A stretch of 64,000 nt of DNA from Octopus vulgaris (taxonomy: Eukaryota). The position numbers and the translations under genes were made by a program. The DNA lies in NCBI GenBank assembly GCA_951406725.2, contig OX597817.1, positions 139,872,001 through 139,936,000 of the forward strand. The letters run 5' to 3'. Below are positions 41,640 through 57,496 of the stretch, piece by piece (the stretch's first letter is position 1; each line of letters starts with the position of its first letter). A model generated the notes under the pieces. That model saw only the letters and a program-made list of their open reading frames with translations, made no database searches and was not told the origin of the DNA.

Positions 41640-43078
41640 TTGGAGATTGAGAAAAGTCTGCATTAGTCCCATGAAGAGGAGAGAGCAGATAAGAAAGCTT
41701 GGGTTATAGAAAATATCAAGTCGAACCGTAAAGCTTTAAGTTTGCCAGAGAAACAGCCTCAGTACGCCACAAGATAGGACTCTTCCAAAAAAGATGACTC
41801 CCTCGCAGGAAACCCCAGGATAAGTGAACGAACAGTTCCAAAGTGTGTTCAGTACACCTCTAGGACACAGGCAAGTGAACAAACCAGCAGCAATCTTTGC
41901 CACTTTTCCTGTAACCAATGAGGCGAAAATTGATTACATCAACATTGATGAAGTTGTAACACTAACCATAGATGAGGTTAACACAAACTCAGCTGCTGGC
42001 CCTGAAGGAATCCCAGCGGTCCTAAAATCGTGCAAATGAGCCCTTGCAAAACCACTGCCTCTTCTTTTTCAGAGCTTTCTTGTAAGTGGTAAGCTCGCAG
42101 ACAAACTGAAGTAAGGGATAATAGGCCCTATGCATAAAGGAGCGGGCAGAGCAGATGCCTATCTCTCAAACCTCACACATCAGCAAAGTCATGGAACGAA
42201 TAATACGCAAGAAACTAATCGCGTTCCTTGAATGACTTGTTAACTGACACTCAGCATGGATTTTGACCAGGTAGAAGCTGCCTGGGTGTTGAAGCATTTA
42301 CTCAACAACTCAAATATGGACGTAATATACCTTAGCTCTGGAGGAATTGTAAACTCTGAATCAAAATCAGTGCATGACCTGGGCATTCACATGAGCAATG
42401 ATGCATCTTTCCAGATGCATATTACCAATTTGGTAATAAAATGCGGACGGCTAGCTGGATGGATATTCCGAACTTGCAAAACAAGAGAAGAAGAGACAAT
42501 GATGATCCTTTGGCGGGTATACGTCCTCAGCCGCTTTGACTACTTCTCCCAACTATGGTCACCACAGAATATAAAATTAACGACGGAACTCGAAGCAATC
42601 CAATGAAGCTACATAGAGAAAATTTCTCAATGCAACATATCAGCTAATAGGAAAGATTGAAAGAATTAAAACTCTTCTCCCTAGAATGAAGGTGGGAAAG
42701 ATATGCTGTGATATACATCTGGAAAATCCTAAAAGGCCTTGTACCAAACTTTGCCATTGAAAGTTACACAAACAGCAGAATGGGGCACCACTGCAAAGTT
42801 CCCAGCATCTCCATGAAAATGTAGGACCAGATACTGCAACAGCTTGGGTTTCAAGGGCTCACAGCTCTTCAATATCCTTTCAAATTGCTCGAGAGACATG
42901 CATGGTGTCGATGTGTCTTCAAAACAAAACTGGATCTCCTCCTGTCAAGGGTTCCAGTCGAGCCTACCTCACGGCAGGAAACACAGATGAGGGCAGCAGC
43001 ATCAAACTCCTTCATTCGCCAAATGCCACATATCAGAGGAGGTTTCAATGGTGTAGCACAGTCAATGCATCACCGCAG

Positions 43079-43080
<2 letters not shown>
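41640..43080 (+). mobile_element. CR1-like LINE, internally deleted and decayed
   Basis: NSAAGPEGIPAVLKSC..., SKVMERIIRK, DLGIHMSND...GWIFRT...VLSRFDYFSQLWSP..., [12 protein letters not shown]; ends at (TA)n. Confidence 0.8.
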
Positions 43081-43148
<68 letters not shown>

Positions 43149-43149
43149 G

Positions 43150-43260
<111 letters not shown>

Positions 43261-43335
43261 TATACATATACATATCTACACACACACACACACGCACACA
43301 CACACATACACACACACATGTGTGAGTGCGTGCAG

Positions 43336-43619
43336 CTAAAAATAATTCTTGAAGTGTGTCTATTAACTATTTTACGGAATCCATTCGTACAGGAAACGTG
43401 TTTATCCACTGAGATAAGGAAAATCCTACCTACACTTGTTTTTATGCATGAGAAAGAGTGTGTGAACCAGAACTCTTTCCCATGGTATTTTCTCTTCTCT
43501 TTCTCCCTAAGTGTAAAACCTTGTGTGCTAACGGTCTTCCTTACCTGAATGGATGAGCACTTTCTCCGTACGAAGTTCCGTAAAATACTTAATAGACACA
43601 CTTTAATAATTTCCTTTAG
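43336..43619. mobile_element. MITE-like element with ~50-bp imperfect terminal inverted repeats
   Basis: aagtgtgtctattaactattttacggaa (left) versus ttccgtaaaatacttaatagacacactt (right). Confidence 0.55.
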
Positions 43620-45411
43620 TTATGCACCCAATATAAAGTAAATATCGTATGTAGACTCACAACCGAGGCAAAGGTTATCCCGAATCCCTTAAGGTTGTTT
43701 TTTTGAGGGGGGGGGGGATAAGGAACATCTCTCTTGATAAATTCCTCGAATGATTGCGTCCTGTAATTTGTTTCTTCTTTTTCACAGAACCTATAAACGA
43801 GAGATGACACTTACTCGCCGCTCTTTCGATGCCAACCATCTTCGATGGGCACATTTATTAAATAATCTAATTACTAAATATCCTGTACGAATTCCATTAG
43901 TAATATGGGTCGTAATGGATCTACGATGCTTTGAATATGTCCATTCTATTGACAAATATACGAATACTTATTTTTGTGGACTTATGGATTCTTAAACCAC
44001 ACACACACACATCACGACAATTTATCAATCACAATCCATAGTTCAGAGAAACTATCAATACAGATCGAAACAGCGTATCTTCCATTTTCAGCCGATAGGC
44101 GTTGATCGACCAGCAACTCGGTATGATATTTGAGCTTCACTATGCCACCATTTTGTATCTCAATAAGCTGATAACCTTTAAGCAGTTGCAAAAGCAACTC
44201 CTTTAATTTGCTAAACACTAGGCTCCATTGAATAATGGTTTCACAGAGTGGAATATGGCAAGCTGTCAGAAAAACTATATTGCTGCTCCACAGAAATTTT
44301 GTAGCACAGAATGGATGTTTGGTTAATGAAATAAACGCTAGAAACTGTACAGATGGTGTGTAGTTGTGTATCTGAATGAAACCGCAAAATTATTATAACA
44401 AGGGAAAGGAGGGTTATCAACGATATTGGTTAATTGTTCAATTTTGGTGATGGGATTTAATTTGATAATAAATTGTAAAAGTAGACAAATAAATTGAAAA
44501 TCCTGAACGGGAAACGATAGTATTTACAATTTCGCTTGTCCTTGTAAACGTGTTTCAAATTCATCTCCTCAAATAAATGAAATATGGACGTATGTAAATA
44601 TTTAAGCATTTCTCTGTGTTTGGTTTTCGGAAATAAAATGTAAAATATCAGTGTAAAATATACACAAGATAAAGCATGTACCAACACATATTCCACATTG
44701 TGGTGTATCTCGAGGCTCTGTTACATCTCCTACACTATTTGGTTTGTATATTAATGACATTAGAGCTAAAACTGTTAACAACGGAGACTCCTATGCGAAA
44801 GACACTTTACTATATTTTCCCTTAAATCAGCTTAAATCCTTGATAAACAATCTAATTAGCCGACAGCAATTTCGACATCACTAGCTTCCACAGTGCCTCA
44901 ATTATTAGCTGTGGAAACCAGTATTATAGTTTAACCTGGAATCATTAAATTTCATTATATTGCACACAAATTCATTTATGAATTTGCGGTCGCAAATATA
45001 TAAAAGTATCACATCCGTAATATAACACAACCATCTCAAATATATAACACTGCTGATTCAGCTATATAGCGCTGGCACATAATAAATGTCACAATGCCAT
45101 ACCGACCACATAACACAACCACCTCTGCTCTATAAATTTAACCCATTGTAAAAATAACCCTGCTTAAATTCTTTACGGGGAAAATACTTCTCTTCACAAT
45201 CGGAAGACATTTCATTTTTTATCTATTGTAAGCTCTCACAGATATGTACGCTAACATCGAACAACGAGAGTGAGAGCTCAGCACCACATTGCTGGATAAA
45301 TATTCTTTATTTATGGGTTAGGAAGGCAACTAATGGTTTCATGTGCAAGAGATATTCACAGTTGGCGAAGCTCACCATTTGGAAATGTTGGAGTTCGCCT
45401 CTATTTTGGAG

Positions 45412-45504
<93 letters not shown>

Positions 45505-45733
45505 ATATATATAGGTATGTATATATATATAGGTATGTATATATAGCAACTGTTGTTTTACATACATAAAACAAAACATTCCCAAATAAATCACATAATT
45601 TAACCAAATGTTGGAGCCTTTACACAGAACTCGATCTGCTAGAAATAGTAGAATCTTCCTCCACTTACTCGATAACGTCTTAGCAAAAAAAAAAAAAAAA
45701 AAGAACACACCGAATAATGAAATCCTTTGGTAC

Positions 45734-45776
45734 TGTGCCGATGATGCTTACTGAGGTAGAAACACGTGTGTACACA
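45734..45776 (+). ncRNA. Compact type I hammerhead with U4C core change
   Basis: ugug CCGAUGA UGCUU-acug-AGGUA GAAA CAC-gu-GUG UA^ caca; all three stems pair. Confidence 0.6.
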
Positions 45777-47244
45777 CCGTTCTCCTCTTAATACAAACTG
45801 TCGTTTTGTTAATGACTCTTCAGTGTTGAAGAATTCTTGATTCTTGAGATAATCTCACCTTCTCATTTGGATTGCCACCAAAAGATTGGCCTATTCTCTC
45901 TAGAAGCGGAGATAATTCCAATAAATGAGAAATTAATTTTGTTTGACGTTTAATATCTTTTTATTTGTCTTTGTTATTCAAATAATAACCTTCTTTACTA
46001 TCGGCAGAAGGCCCGAAATTTTGTCGAAAGGTGTAAGTCAATTACATCGACACAAGCACATAACTGGTACTTATTTCATCAAACCCCGAAAGGATGAAGG
46101 CAAAGTCGACTTCAGCCGAATTTGAACTCAGAACGTAAAGACGGACGAAATGCTGCTAAGTATTTTCACAGTGCGCTAACGATTCTGCCAGCTCGCCGCG
46201 TTTCTGCTGTTCAAATATATATCTCTGGCCTCTCAGAGTTATTTCCCTTAACTTATTTCGTTTCAAAAGAAAAAAAAAAGGCAGGAGAGTCACGGTTGTA
46301 AGTTTGCTGAATCAGTTCTGATCTAGGGCCAAACAGCAACAATAGCAACATAATATAATTAAGATAATTTAGGTATGAATACGAGTTGAAATATATATGA
46401 CTGCGTTTGGTCATATATAACTATTCAATAAAGAACTGACGTCAATGATATAAGCGGTCACTTTTATTAGTAATGACTGATGGCACTCCACTTTGTAGGC
46501 TGATTATTTTTAAGAATGATACTCTTCGTAAGTCCAAACAAATTTATTCCAACTTAAGCCAGACAAAACAGAACCAATTAGGAAACAATTGGCTAAAACT
46601 GTCTTAATTTTCGTATTTATAATACCAAAATAATTTCATAAAATATAAAAGAATTTAATAAACGAAAACAAAAAAACGAGCCAACAATTTTTGTGTTTAC
46701 CTATTTAGAAAGCACTCAATAATATTTTCTTATCCAATTATCAGTCACTTCTTAAAGATGGTGTAGTTCCTTGTTTTATATTTGGTCTGAGTGAAGCAAT
46801 ACAAGAGGCTCATCTGAATCAATATATCCTAATCATTTATAACAACAGACTCGTGACCATTAGCGAGTCGATTTGGCAGTTAGTGTGCTGAACTCTTGCC
46901 AAATACATCATCGCCCCAAACTGGGCTAATCTCACTGATGACCCTCATTTAACAACGAAACGAAGAAGATGAAAGAATGAATCTAGTGTTGATTCAGCCG
47001 TTAACTTGGCTCTACGTTGTTATAAAGCTGGTCGTTTCCTGTCAACATGAGATAAAAGTTTTAGTCTTTTAATTGATGTCTCAGCAAAAACATAAGACTG
47101 AACACTGGCCATTGTTGTCTCGCTAAATAAGACACAAGCTACTACAACAGAATTAGAGGATGTAATCCGTGCAACAACAACAACAACAATAACAATGGCG
47201 ATGACGACTTTGACAACAACCAAACTAATAATAATAATAATAAC

Positions 47245-47287
<43 letters not shown>

Positions 47288-47911
47288 TGCCCTGATGCAG
47301 CACCAGGCAGTGGATCTCATGGCTTCTGATCTTAACTGATTGGAAGTGTTTTTTTATGTACATTGTTTTGTCTTGGTATAAAAGATGGGCTACAGCAAAT
47401 ATTCTGCTCAATACCACAGATTTGTTTGTCAGTTGTTTGACCATAACTTGTTGAGCTTGTCCCTTAGTGGCTGACGATATGTGCATCTCTGATCACGAGC
47501 AGAAGTACTGGGGGAGCATCATAGCCATGTGTTGAGAGGAATTCTTTGGGGTTTGAATAATTCACCTCTGGAAAATGGGTGTTTCGTTCAAAATTACAAA
47601 AATGAAATATTTTTTGTAATTTTTTATTTAAATTAAATTATGGCTTGTACAGTAGGGTCCGGCGAACCTATCTTACACATACTTATTTGATTAAAAAATT
47701 AAAATATAGTCTATAGTATCAAACTATGAGAAAGTGATATAGGGGCCTGATGATTGGGGTTATATTTTAAGAATGGTTCCAGAAAAACACGGCGTAGTTA
47801 AGGAACCGGGAAATGTACCCCAAGAAACACGTGTAGCCAAGTTATAAAGTAGTAAGTATTAAAACTAAAATTCTTTTATATGGTGAGACGAAGAGATCTA
47901 CTATCTCTAAA

Positions 47912-47950
<39 letters not shown>

Positions 47951-48099
47951 TATATATTGTTTACTATTAATTTTTTAATTGAACGCAACGCATCTATTTT
48001 CAAGTATATATATATATATATATATATGATCGGCTCTTTACATCTTGACAGACGGTCTAAGCAGCGAAGAACGTCTTAAATACTCATATTCTTCCTTCA

Positions 48100-49275
48100 G
48101 TGTCTCTCATGGCTGATCCTATGTTTGATGAGCAAGTTCTGCTGTCAAATCTGCAAGCAAGGAAGGTGCTGCAGGGCTGTAGTGGGTTATCTTTTTTTCT
48201 ATGGCGTTCTGCTTCGAGGGCCAGGATGTTTTTTTCTCGAGCTGTTTGACTTCTTAGCTAATTTTTTCTTAGTCTCTGCATTGATGTAACACTTAGTCAG
48301 GCTGCACTCACAGGTCTCCTAAAACCTCAGCTTTGGTCATCTTCTGGTTCTGCTACTCTGAACCAGCGGGCCGTATAACAGCTGTTTGAGAATTCTGTTG
48401 TTATCCACCTGTTTCACATGTCCAAGACATCTCATTCTCCTTTTGCACAGAATAGCAGTCATGCTCAGAGATGCTGACCGTTTCAAGATTTCTATGCTGG
48501 CTAGTTTGTCTTGCTAAGTGATGCCAAGTGTCTTTGCAATCTTCCTTGTCTCTCTGTTCTTACGCAGGGTCATTATGTTGGCATTTCTCATGTCTTGTGG
48601 GATCTCTCCATGCTTCCAACAGAGAATCAAGAGCTTGTACAGACGGGGAAGATGGTATCCGTCTTCTCTTTCATTATTTCTTGAGATAATCTCACCTTCT
48701 CATTTCAGTATTGTAATTGGCGGGGGACTTCCCACTCGCGAGCTCATCAACGGCTTTCGCCAGTTCCTCCTGCGTGGATTCTTTGTCAAGTTCTGTCATC
48801 TTTGAAAGTTGGGGAATTACTTCTTCTTGCTTTTCATCCACTGATCCGTCTTGTGAGTCGAGGCATGAGCAATGTTCAACTCATCCCGCCATCTACCGGT
48901 GTTTATTTGTGATCTGCTTCCGGATAAGGATTTTAACTGTACTACTTTGTTGATCTGTGGTACACAAGCAATTCGTATCTTCTCATACATCCTTCTTATG
49001 TCGCCAGTTTCAGAAGCCCTCTGAATGTCTGCACAAAGCCATTCCCAGTAAGTATTGGCATATCTTCGCACCTCCCTTTCAAGTGTAGATTTTGCAGCTC
49101 GTAGCTCGTTTACGGTGCAATCTGATCGGGTCCTGTTGTATGCCGGTAGAATGGCCCGTGTTTTCTCGATCAGTGGCTTCAGTATTGATGCATTGGCGTC
49201 AGTCCAGTCTGTGCGAGATACCTTGGTTTCACCAAACACTTGCGTGACTGAATTATAAATGGCAATACTGACCAC
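48100..49275 (-). mobile_element. RTE (BovB-like) LINE fragments
   Basis: DWTDANASILKPLIEK...ELRAAKSTLEREVRRYANTYWEWLCADIQRASETGDIRRMYEKIR (EN-RT linker), plus IPQDMRNANI and C-terminal remnants. Confidence 0.75.
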
Positions 49276-49647
49276 TTACTGATTATCGCCAAGACGGAAA
49301 TAACACTAAAAGAATCCACAGATCAAAGAAACCAAACAAACCCCCAAAAAACAAAGAAATAACAAACAAAACAATTTAAGAAATGCCAAAAACAAGGAAT
49401 TGAAAGCAGCCTTTCAGGACCAAATAGAAGATCAGCTCGTGGAAATGGATAAAACCTGTCCAGAGAAGATACAGACCTGTATTAGGACAGCCATTTATAT
49501 ATAGGTATATAATGTATATACACATATGTAAAGAAGAAGAAGCAGAAGAAGAAGCAGAGGAAGCAGCAGCAGTAGCAGCAGCAGCAGAAGAAGAAGAAGA
49601 AGAACAACAACAACAACAACAGAAGCACCAACAATACGTCTGGTAGT

Positions 49648-49684
<37 letters not shown>

Positions 49685-49699
49685 TCAGCATCAACACCA

Positions 49700-50025
49700 A
49701 TAACGTAAGGAGAGAAATATGTTGGAGCAACGGAGGACGCTTTTAAGCGACGACTAAATAACCACAAGTTATTTTAGGATCATAGAGAAGCGCAACGTTA
49801 CATTTTTTTGTCAACTACATGTGGGGTTTAAAAGAGAAGGAATGCCATACAAGATTAAATGGAAGCTTCTAAAACATCCTGGGCCATAACTCAACGGGAG
49901 TTATACTTGGCTGAGAAGATAAGGATGCTAAAATGTTCGCTTGACTCGGGGATCTTCTTAAATTCCAAAAGTCAGATGTTTAGTCGGTGCTCTCATGAAA
50001 GAAAATTCATGTTGGAGGCATGAAA
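49700..50025 (+). pseudogene. Decayed GIY-YIG endonuclease C-terminus of a second PLE lineage (Naiad-like)
   Basis: Across frameshifts: KYVGATEDAFKRRLNNHK...YMWGLKEK..PYKIKWKLLK...LAEKIRML...LNSKSQMFSRCSHERKFML. Confidence 0.65.
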
Positions 50026-50791
50026 TTCCTCGCTTACTGACTAATGAACGGAAATAGTGTATAAACGATGGGATTTTTGCTTCTAAGAATTTCATTTCAA
50101 GTTTTGTTTTCACAATCCTGGCTGACCAAGACTGTATTCTTACCTTCATCAGTAGAGAGATGATTTGCCTCCGGCTAGCATAATAGACGCGAGATCAATG
50201 GTAAATTTCTGATCAGTCATAACTAGAGACTACAGTAAATATTACTGCTAAAAAACCCAGAGAATTAAAGTGTTCTTTCTATCGGACTCATGAACCACTG
50301 ACCAATTAGGTATGTAAATCTATATCTCCCTACCCACAATACAGCGATGTACGACATATCCTCCACCAATGTGCGTCAATATCTCAATACCCCCACTCAC
50401 GTTGCTATATCCTTACCTACAATGCAAAGAGAACGAGCAAAGCTTTCCCTGCTAGAAGTAGCAACCAATTGTTCGTCAAATATCACACTTCCATCTGAAA
50501 TACTTAGAACAAATAACATTAGATAATGTAGTGTCGGTTACCTTTTGTCAGACCAAAGATGAGACGCTCATGGCTGGAACGCTTGTAATTATAGTTTTTT
50601 TTTTCAATAATAGTTAACTGTGGGTTAAACAAGGACAACTGCTAAATAAAGGAGAGTGGAGTCTGTATAAACCACCCTAGTAAATAACTGGTGCTTGTAG
50701 CGTCCTGTGGTATGGAAAGGTAAAATGAATTCTAGCAACATTTGATTATAAATAGAAGTAACAAACTACCACAAAGTATTAATCCCCGCCC

Positions 50792-51069
50792 GTGGAGGTG
50801 CAATTGCCCAGTGGTTAAGGCAGCAGACTCGCGGTCGTAGGATCGCAGTTTCGATTCCCAGACCGGGAGTTGTGAGTGTTTAATTCTTTCACCACAACTT
50901 TCTCTTACTCTTTCTTCCTGTTTCTGTTGTACCTGTATTTCAAAGGGGCCAGCCTTGTCACACTCTGCGTCACGCTGAATCTCCCTGAGAACTACGTTAA
51001 GGGTACACATGTCTGTGGAATGCTCAGCCACTTGCACGTTAATTTCACGAGCAGGCTGTTCCGACGGAA
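50792..51069 (+). mobile_element. SINE family D, tail variant 1, internally deleted
   Basis: Same head and tail as 22144-22529. Confidence 0.8.
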
Positions 51070-51946
51070 TGCCACAAATCACCGCTCACCTGCCCCAACC
51101 ATTAATCCATTCTTGTTTTGGCACAAGGCCTGCAATTTTGAGCGGACAGCAAAGTCGATCACATCGACCCAAATACAGGCACCCACTTGATCGTTCACGG
51201 AAAGATAAAAGGCAAAGTCGACCCGGCGCAATTTGAAATCAGAACGCCAGCTTGTCACCTAATAACTACTAATGCCAAAAATATTCTGTTATCAGTCATG
51301 GATTTTACGCCTGTAAGATTTTAAGCTTCACTTAGTTTCTAATTCAGTTACGATAATTTGACCAATGCCGTCTTTTGTGAAGTTGGTCATTGGTTGTTTA
51401 AATGGAAGGCAAGGGCGCAGAAACACAAGAAATCATTCGCCACTAACAACTGTTTGTTTGAAGGCGAAACCTTCATAATACGAATCTTTATATTCGGATC
51501 GTGTTAAAATTTAGTTTTGAAGGATTAACATCTTTGTGGTGGATTTATGTGCTTGGAGCGGATAAACGAAAAGCGGAATAAACTGTGAGCTAAATCTGTT
51601 CTGAATTTCCAATGTTCCACATTTTGCTTTTATGGAAAAGATGCTATGGTAGAGCTGATATAAGTTATGAACTGTAAAACCATTTTCGTCATAAAAAAAT
51701 AACGATTACAAAGCAAAAATCGACATTTTTCTAACGACGTGATATTTACAATGAAAGAAATACTTAAGTGTGATTTATATGAACTATAAAACAAGAGAAA
51801 GAAAGAGAAATAAATCATATCAGAAAAAGAAAGAAAGAATTCGATGAATAGAAAACCAAACGATAGACTAACAGATATATTGATAAAAATATAAATACAT
51901 TAAGAGACAGTGGTAAACAGATAGAAAAAATAGACAGATAGATAAC

Positions 51947-51991
<45 letters not shown>

Positions 51992-52070
51992 TTCGTTTCA
52001 GCACACGATCTCAGATCAAATTACTTGCTATGCGATACATCTCCGTAATATATATATATATATATATATA

Positions 52071-53520
<1,450 letters not shown>

Positions 53521-54296
53521 CCCCCCTCTCCCCCCCTCCTCACCTATCCTTTCTCCCCCGACCCCTACTTCTTCAGTCCTTCATCCTTTCACCCCTACTC
53601 CCCTTCCCTTCTTCCCTCTTTCTCCCTCTGCTCCCCACTCCCTCTCTCCCCCTCTCCCTCTTTCCTCCTTCATCCCCCTCATCCCCTTCCTTCTCCCCCA
53701 TCCTCTCCTCTCCCCCCTTCTCCTCCCCTCCCCCTCTTCTCCTCACTACACCACATGACTTTACACATCACATCACATATGATGTGCCATACTAATACAC
53801 ACACCAACTAATACATACTAATACGTACTAATACATACTAGTACATACTAATACTTACACCAACCCTATACATACACACGTCCAGACCCCGCATACGCAC
53901 TTATACTCTCTCTCACACACACACACACACCTATACATACCAATACGTACTAATACATACTAATACATACTAATACATACACCAACCCCATACATACGCA
54001 CGTCCAGACCAATCTTACGCACTAATACTCTCTCATACACACACACACACACACACACACCCTTATACATACTAATACATACACCAACCCTATACATACA
54101 CACATCCAGATCCCTCCCACGCACTCTTAGCTGGTCCCTCAACCCATTTATCAACCCTATTATCTCCCCTTATTTCGCTCTCGCGTCTCATGTTTGATCT
54201 TTGACCTCTGGCCGAAATCAGATCGCCATGTTGATTCGTTAGCTACTGCACGCATTTTTTTCTCTCCTTCTTTCTGTGTTTTTCTCTCTCTGTGTA

Positions 54297-54334
54297 TCTT
54301 TCTGTTGAAGAGCGTAGGCTCGAAACGTTAAAGA
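54297..54334 (+). ncRNA. Minimal hammerhead-like motif with A6U core variant in the PLE pseudo-LTR
   Basis: ucuuu CUGUUGA A GAGC-guag-GCUC GAAA CG UU^ aaaga; stem I ucuuu/aaaga. Confidence 0.7.
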
Positions 54335-54631
54335 CTTGTTTTATTTATATTTCCTGAGCGCCATACTAATACAATTGTTCGTTTGTTTTCCACCTGCCTT
54401 CGTCTTTTGTTTATTTTCATAAAGCTTCCCGTTATATATATATATATATACCTATATATATATACCTATATATATATATATATACCTATATATATATACC
54501 TATATATATATATATACCTATATATATATATATATATATATACCTATATATATATATATATAATACAGATAAGAAAATGGAGAAACAAATTTAGTTTGTT
54601 CATCAACTTTCGGATATTATAATGTTGGATT

Positions 54632-54709
<78 letters not shown>

Positions 54710-56360
54710 TGTATAAAAAGAAGAAATTGCTTTGTGTACGTCAAGAACTAGAACTTCCGAATTTGATAATATTTTACCGGAAAACGACAGTAGAAACTTT
54801 CGTGTTTCCATGTGTAGGAAGTTTCTCACCTCAGGGCGTTTGAAAGATTGGAACAGAAAACAAAAGCTGGCACATCTAATGGTTATAAAATGCAAAAGTT
54901 CAAGAAGATTGGAGATTTCTGTTGTCACTGTCAAACATTAACAAAACAATACATTTCGACAGTCTTATATCTCTTCACCAACAGTGAATGACATCGCGAG
55001 AATATTTCTTACCGGAAATTAGCAAAGTTTAAACTCTACAAGTATCATATTTCTTTTTTCTTTAATATTTTGGCGGATATTAGGGTTTTTCAATGCTGCC
55101 ATGTTTGCTAGAGATGTCAGCTTCCTTTCTGGAGTGTTCGCTTCCAAACAAAATAACGGAAAAATAAAAATAAGGAAACAAACAATAATTCCAGTGCAAG
55201 TTGCCAGCTAAGATTTCATGTTATTCTTTTGTTCAATAGCTGTGAATTAAAAAGATATGTAATACTTCCATTGCAAATCTGGAGAATAATGTCAGGGAGA
55301 GGACATCATTTGCTTTTACCCAAATATGGAGGAATTTCTTGGCTATTTATGGAATTTTAGGTTTCCTGAAAAAGAAATAAAAGTAAAATAATAAACTCCA
55401 TAAACGCCACCAATGTGCAATATAAAATATTTTTCTTAAAAGTTAAAAAATCCCTCAACAGCAATGATGAGAAGCAAAGAACATAATTCGGACTGCAGTA
55501 TTACAGGTGGTGCCTAAGACTGTAAAAAAAGTCACCCTTTTTTGCAATTTCATTGCTGCTACATGCTACTCATATATTTCGGTGTTTTTTTAACACTATG
55601 CTTCTATACGAGTTGCTGTCTCGAGACGAATACCGCAGTTTCTAGGCTTTCTACAGTATATCAACGTTAAGTAAATTATACAGATTGCTACTTGGAATTA
55701 CTATGCTTCCGTCACTAAAGACGAATATCTAATATATGTCATAGATCTATCATGTAATGTACGTATCGAACATATTTTCAAAAACCAACTCATCCATCAT
55801 AACCGTAGTCTAGGGGTCAAATTAGTTTATCTGTGAAATTCGTTCTGGATAATGTTTGTTGGTTGGCTTTTTTAAAAAATAAAATCAAAGAATTTTAATC
55901 GCCAATAATATATACAAAAGAATTTATTTCTTTACTTCATTGAAGCAGAAAATTCAGTGCACACAAATATAAATGTTTTAAGCAAGGATTTATTTTTTCG
56001 GCTTTTTTTTTTAGTTTGGTATGAGATTGATAACGCCATCTTTAATTTGTAACCTGATTGGATTGAATAAAAAAATGAGAAGGGCTTCTGGTTTGTTCTT
56101 ATTGTTTTTGATTTAAAAAAGCCCCGCCTGTTGGTATTTAGAAAATCCTGTGATTTGATTAAAAAAGATGTTCCTAAGCTCCAATAGTGGACAACGTTCT
56201 TCTGTTGCTTACTTTTACTTAATATCATTTACAGTTTTGCATGATGGGAAAGGGAGGTATTAAAAATGTCGGACATCTTAAGAAAGGACTACTATTTAGA
56301 AGGCATGCAAAAAGTCATGAGGGTATAAATATATCTTTCTCTTTTTTGTAGATTTAACGA

Positions 56361-57496
56361 ATGATGGCAGCTCCCACTGTAGATTTTGGTAAAATTGAAG
56401 CACGGACGGCCATGAAGTTCCTCTTTTTGCAAGGCAAGGGAAATGCGGAAATCCATGGTGAGATGAAGGAAGTCTTAAAAGATGGCTGTCCATCTTACTC
56501 CACAGTGAAAATCTGTGGTCAAAATTTCGGACTGGTCATTTTGACGTCACAGATGAACCCCAGTCAGGATGACCAACTTTCGCGACCACAAAGGACAAAA
56601 GCAGACGCTGTGAATTTCTTGATTCTCGAGGACTGACAGATTTCACCTAAAGCTAACGTTGATATTCTGGGGATTTCCCGCGAAAGAGTTGGTCACATTA
56701 TCCACAAAGTTCTGGACATGAGAAAGCTTTCCGCAAAATGGGTGCTGAAATGCCTGAACACAGATCAGAAGCGCATCAGATTGACGACATTAAAGGCGAT
56801 TTTGAACCGGTTGGTTGCAAGAGAGGTTGATTTTATGGCTAGTTTAGTCACCCTAATGAAACTTAGGTTCAACATTATGAACCCCAGATTAAGCAGCAAT
56901 CAATGAAGTGGCCTACAACGGTTCACTGCGTCCCAAGAAGTTTCGAACCCAGAGGTCAGAAAGACAGATTCTGGTCTCAGTGTTCTGGGACAAAGACGGA
57001 ATTCTCCTCATAAAATACATGCCAAAGGGTCGCACCGTCAATGCAGAATACAACATGTTTCTGTTGGACGAACTGCGTGGATCTTTAAAGCAGAAACACC
57101 GTGGAAAGCTGAGCTATGGTGTTTTGTTTTTGCAGGACAATGCACCAGCACACACCGCACATGAAACTCTATGGAAAATACAGGACTTTGATTTCGAATT
57201 GGTAGAACACCCATCTTACTCTCCTGACTTGGCCCCCTCTAATTATCACCTCGTTCTGCAAATGAAGAAACATCTCTAGGGAACGAAATTTCACTCCGAT
57301 TCGGAAGTGATTGCTGCTACAGAGGCCTGATTGGAAGCCCAGCTTTCCCAGTTCTTTATACAGAGTTTAGAAAAACTGAAGGACCGCTGCAATTAGTATG
57401 TGTGGAGCTGAGAAGGGAGTGTGTTGAATAACATGATAATTAACTGATCCCCCTGCATTTTCTTTTACCCAAAGAACTTTTCAGCACTTCCTCGTA
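56361..57496 (+). mobile_element. Mariner transposase pseudogene with right TIR
   Basis: RTAMKFLFLQGK..EIH, MRKLSAKWVLKCL (WVP-like), VFWDKDGILLI.Y, LQDNAPAH, HPSYSPDLAPSNYHL; right end aacttttcagcacttcctcgTA; left TIR not found. Confidence 0.9.

Noticed and set aside
46930-46965. CUGAUGA...GAAAC motif
   Set aside because: No stem II or stem I pairing; likely chance. The same applies to lone CUGAUGA boxes near 16966 and 60470(-).
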